From NCBI GenBank assembly GCA_947039055.1, contig CAMQYB010000001.1:1-38428 (forward strand): a DNA stretch of 38,428 bases, in the 5' to 3' direction. This document shows, piece by piece, positions 38,323 through 38,428 of the stretch (position 1 is the stretch's first letter; the number at the start of each line of letters is the position of its first letter). This DNA comes from an uncultured Deferribacteraceae bacterium. Lineage in GTDB: Bacteria > Chrysiogenota > Deferribacteres > Deferribacterales > Mucispirillaceae. The notes beneath the pieces were generated by a model that ran no database searches, was not told the DNA's origin, and worked only from the letters and a program-made list of their open reading frames with translations. A program made the position numbers and the translations under genes.

Positions 38323-38428
38323 TATAGGAAGTACATAGTTTGATAGTAGGTAAAGATATATATGTTGATGACGGTATTGTAGAGAAGATTAAAAAAGTAT
38401 AATAATAGGAAGTACATAGTTTGATAGT
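38299..38428. repeat. Direct repeat of about 50 bp with an 80-bp period that starts inside the last codons of mnmG copy 2 and runs to the window edge
   Basis: Copy 1 (38299-38347) reads ATAGAGAAGATTAAAAAAGTATAATATAGGAAGTACATAGTTTGATAGT. Copy 2 (38379-38428) reads GTAGAGAAGATTAAAAAAGTATAATAATAGGAAGTACATAGTTTGATAGT and carries a 1-nt insertion. Copy 1 includes the mnmG stop at 38320-38322. Confidence 0.8.

Overview
This is a visibly AT-rich bacterial chromosomal segment that spans the replication-origin neighbourhood. I found no rRNA, tRNA, CRISPR, transposase, integrase or phage signal by eye.

Gene content, left to right:
- 1-2.0 kb: a partial DUF362/ferredoxin gene on the minus strand, missing from the ORF track because it is open at the window edge, and an IclR-type regulator.
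- 2.0-2.6 kb: a 575-bp G-depleted spacer carrying phased repeats and a good sigma-54 -24/-12 promoter.
- 2.6-12.2 kb: a late-flagellar block, flgI-flgJ(rod-binding only)-flgM-flgN-flgK-flgL-fliW-csrA. FlgL is a giant of 1454 aa.
- 12.2-14.4 kb: csrA is translationally coupled by ATGA overlaps to a DEDDy 3'-5' exonuclease, a formyltransferase-like protein and a GT2-like protein.
- 14.4-22.2 kb: housekeeping and accessory genes (ridA, marC-family, two small secreted proteins, a GT2, an Lrp/AsnC regulator, purC, a 596-aa orphan and a putative beta-barrel outer-membrane protein).
- 22.3-38.3 kb: the origin module dnaA-[DnaA boxes plus AT-rich tract]-dnaN-recF-gyrB-gyrA-folD-mnmE-mnmG-mnmG.

Most notable observations:
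1. Five consensus parS palindromes sit inside about 390 bp between mnmE and mnmG.
2. Two full-length, diverged mnmG paralogues lie in tandem.
3. FlgL is giant.
4. An in-frame 54-bp x3 repeat extends the mnmE N-terminus.
5. Two unrelated tandem arrays of about 79-80 bp each start inside the last codons of a gene.

I see no recognisable defence or mobile system. The taxon cannot be assigned from the sequence alone. FlgI and the long GyrB insertion suggest a flagellated diderm.
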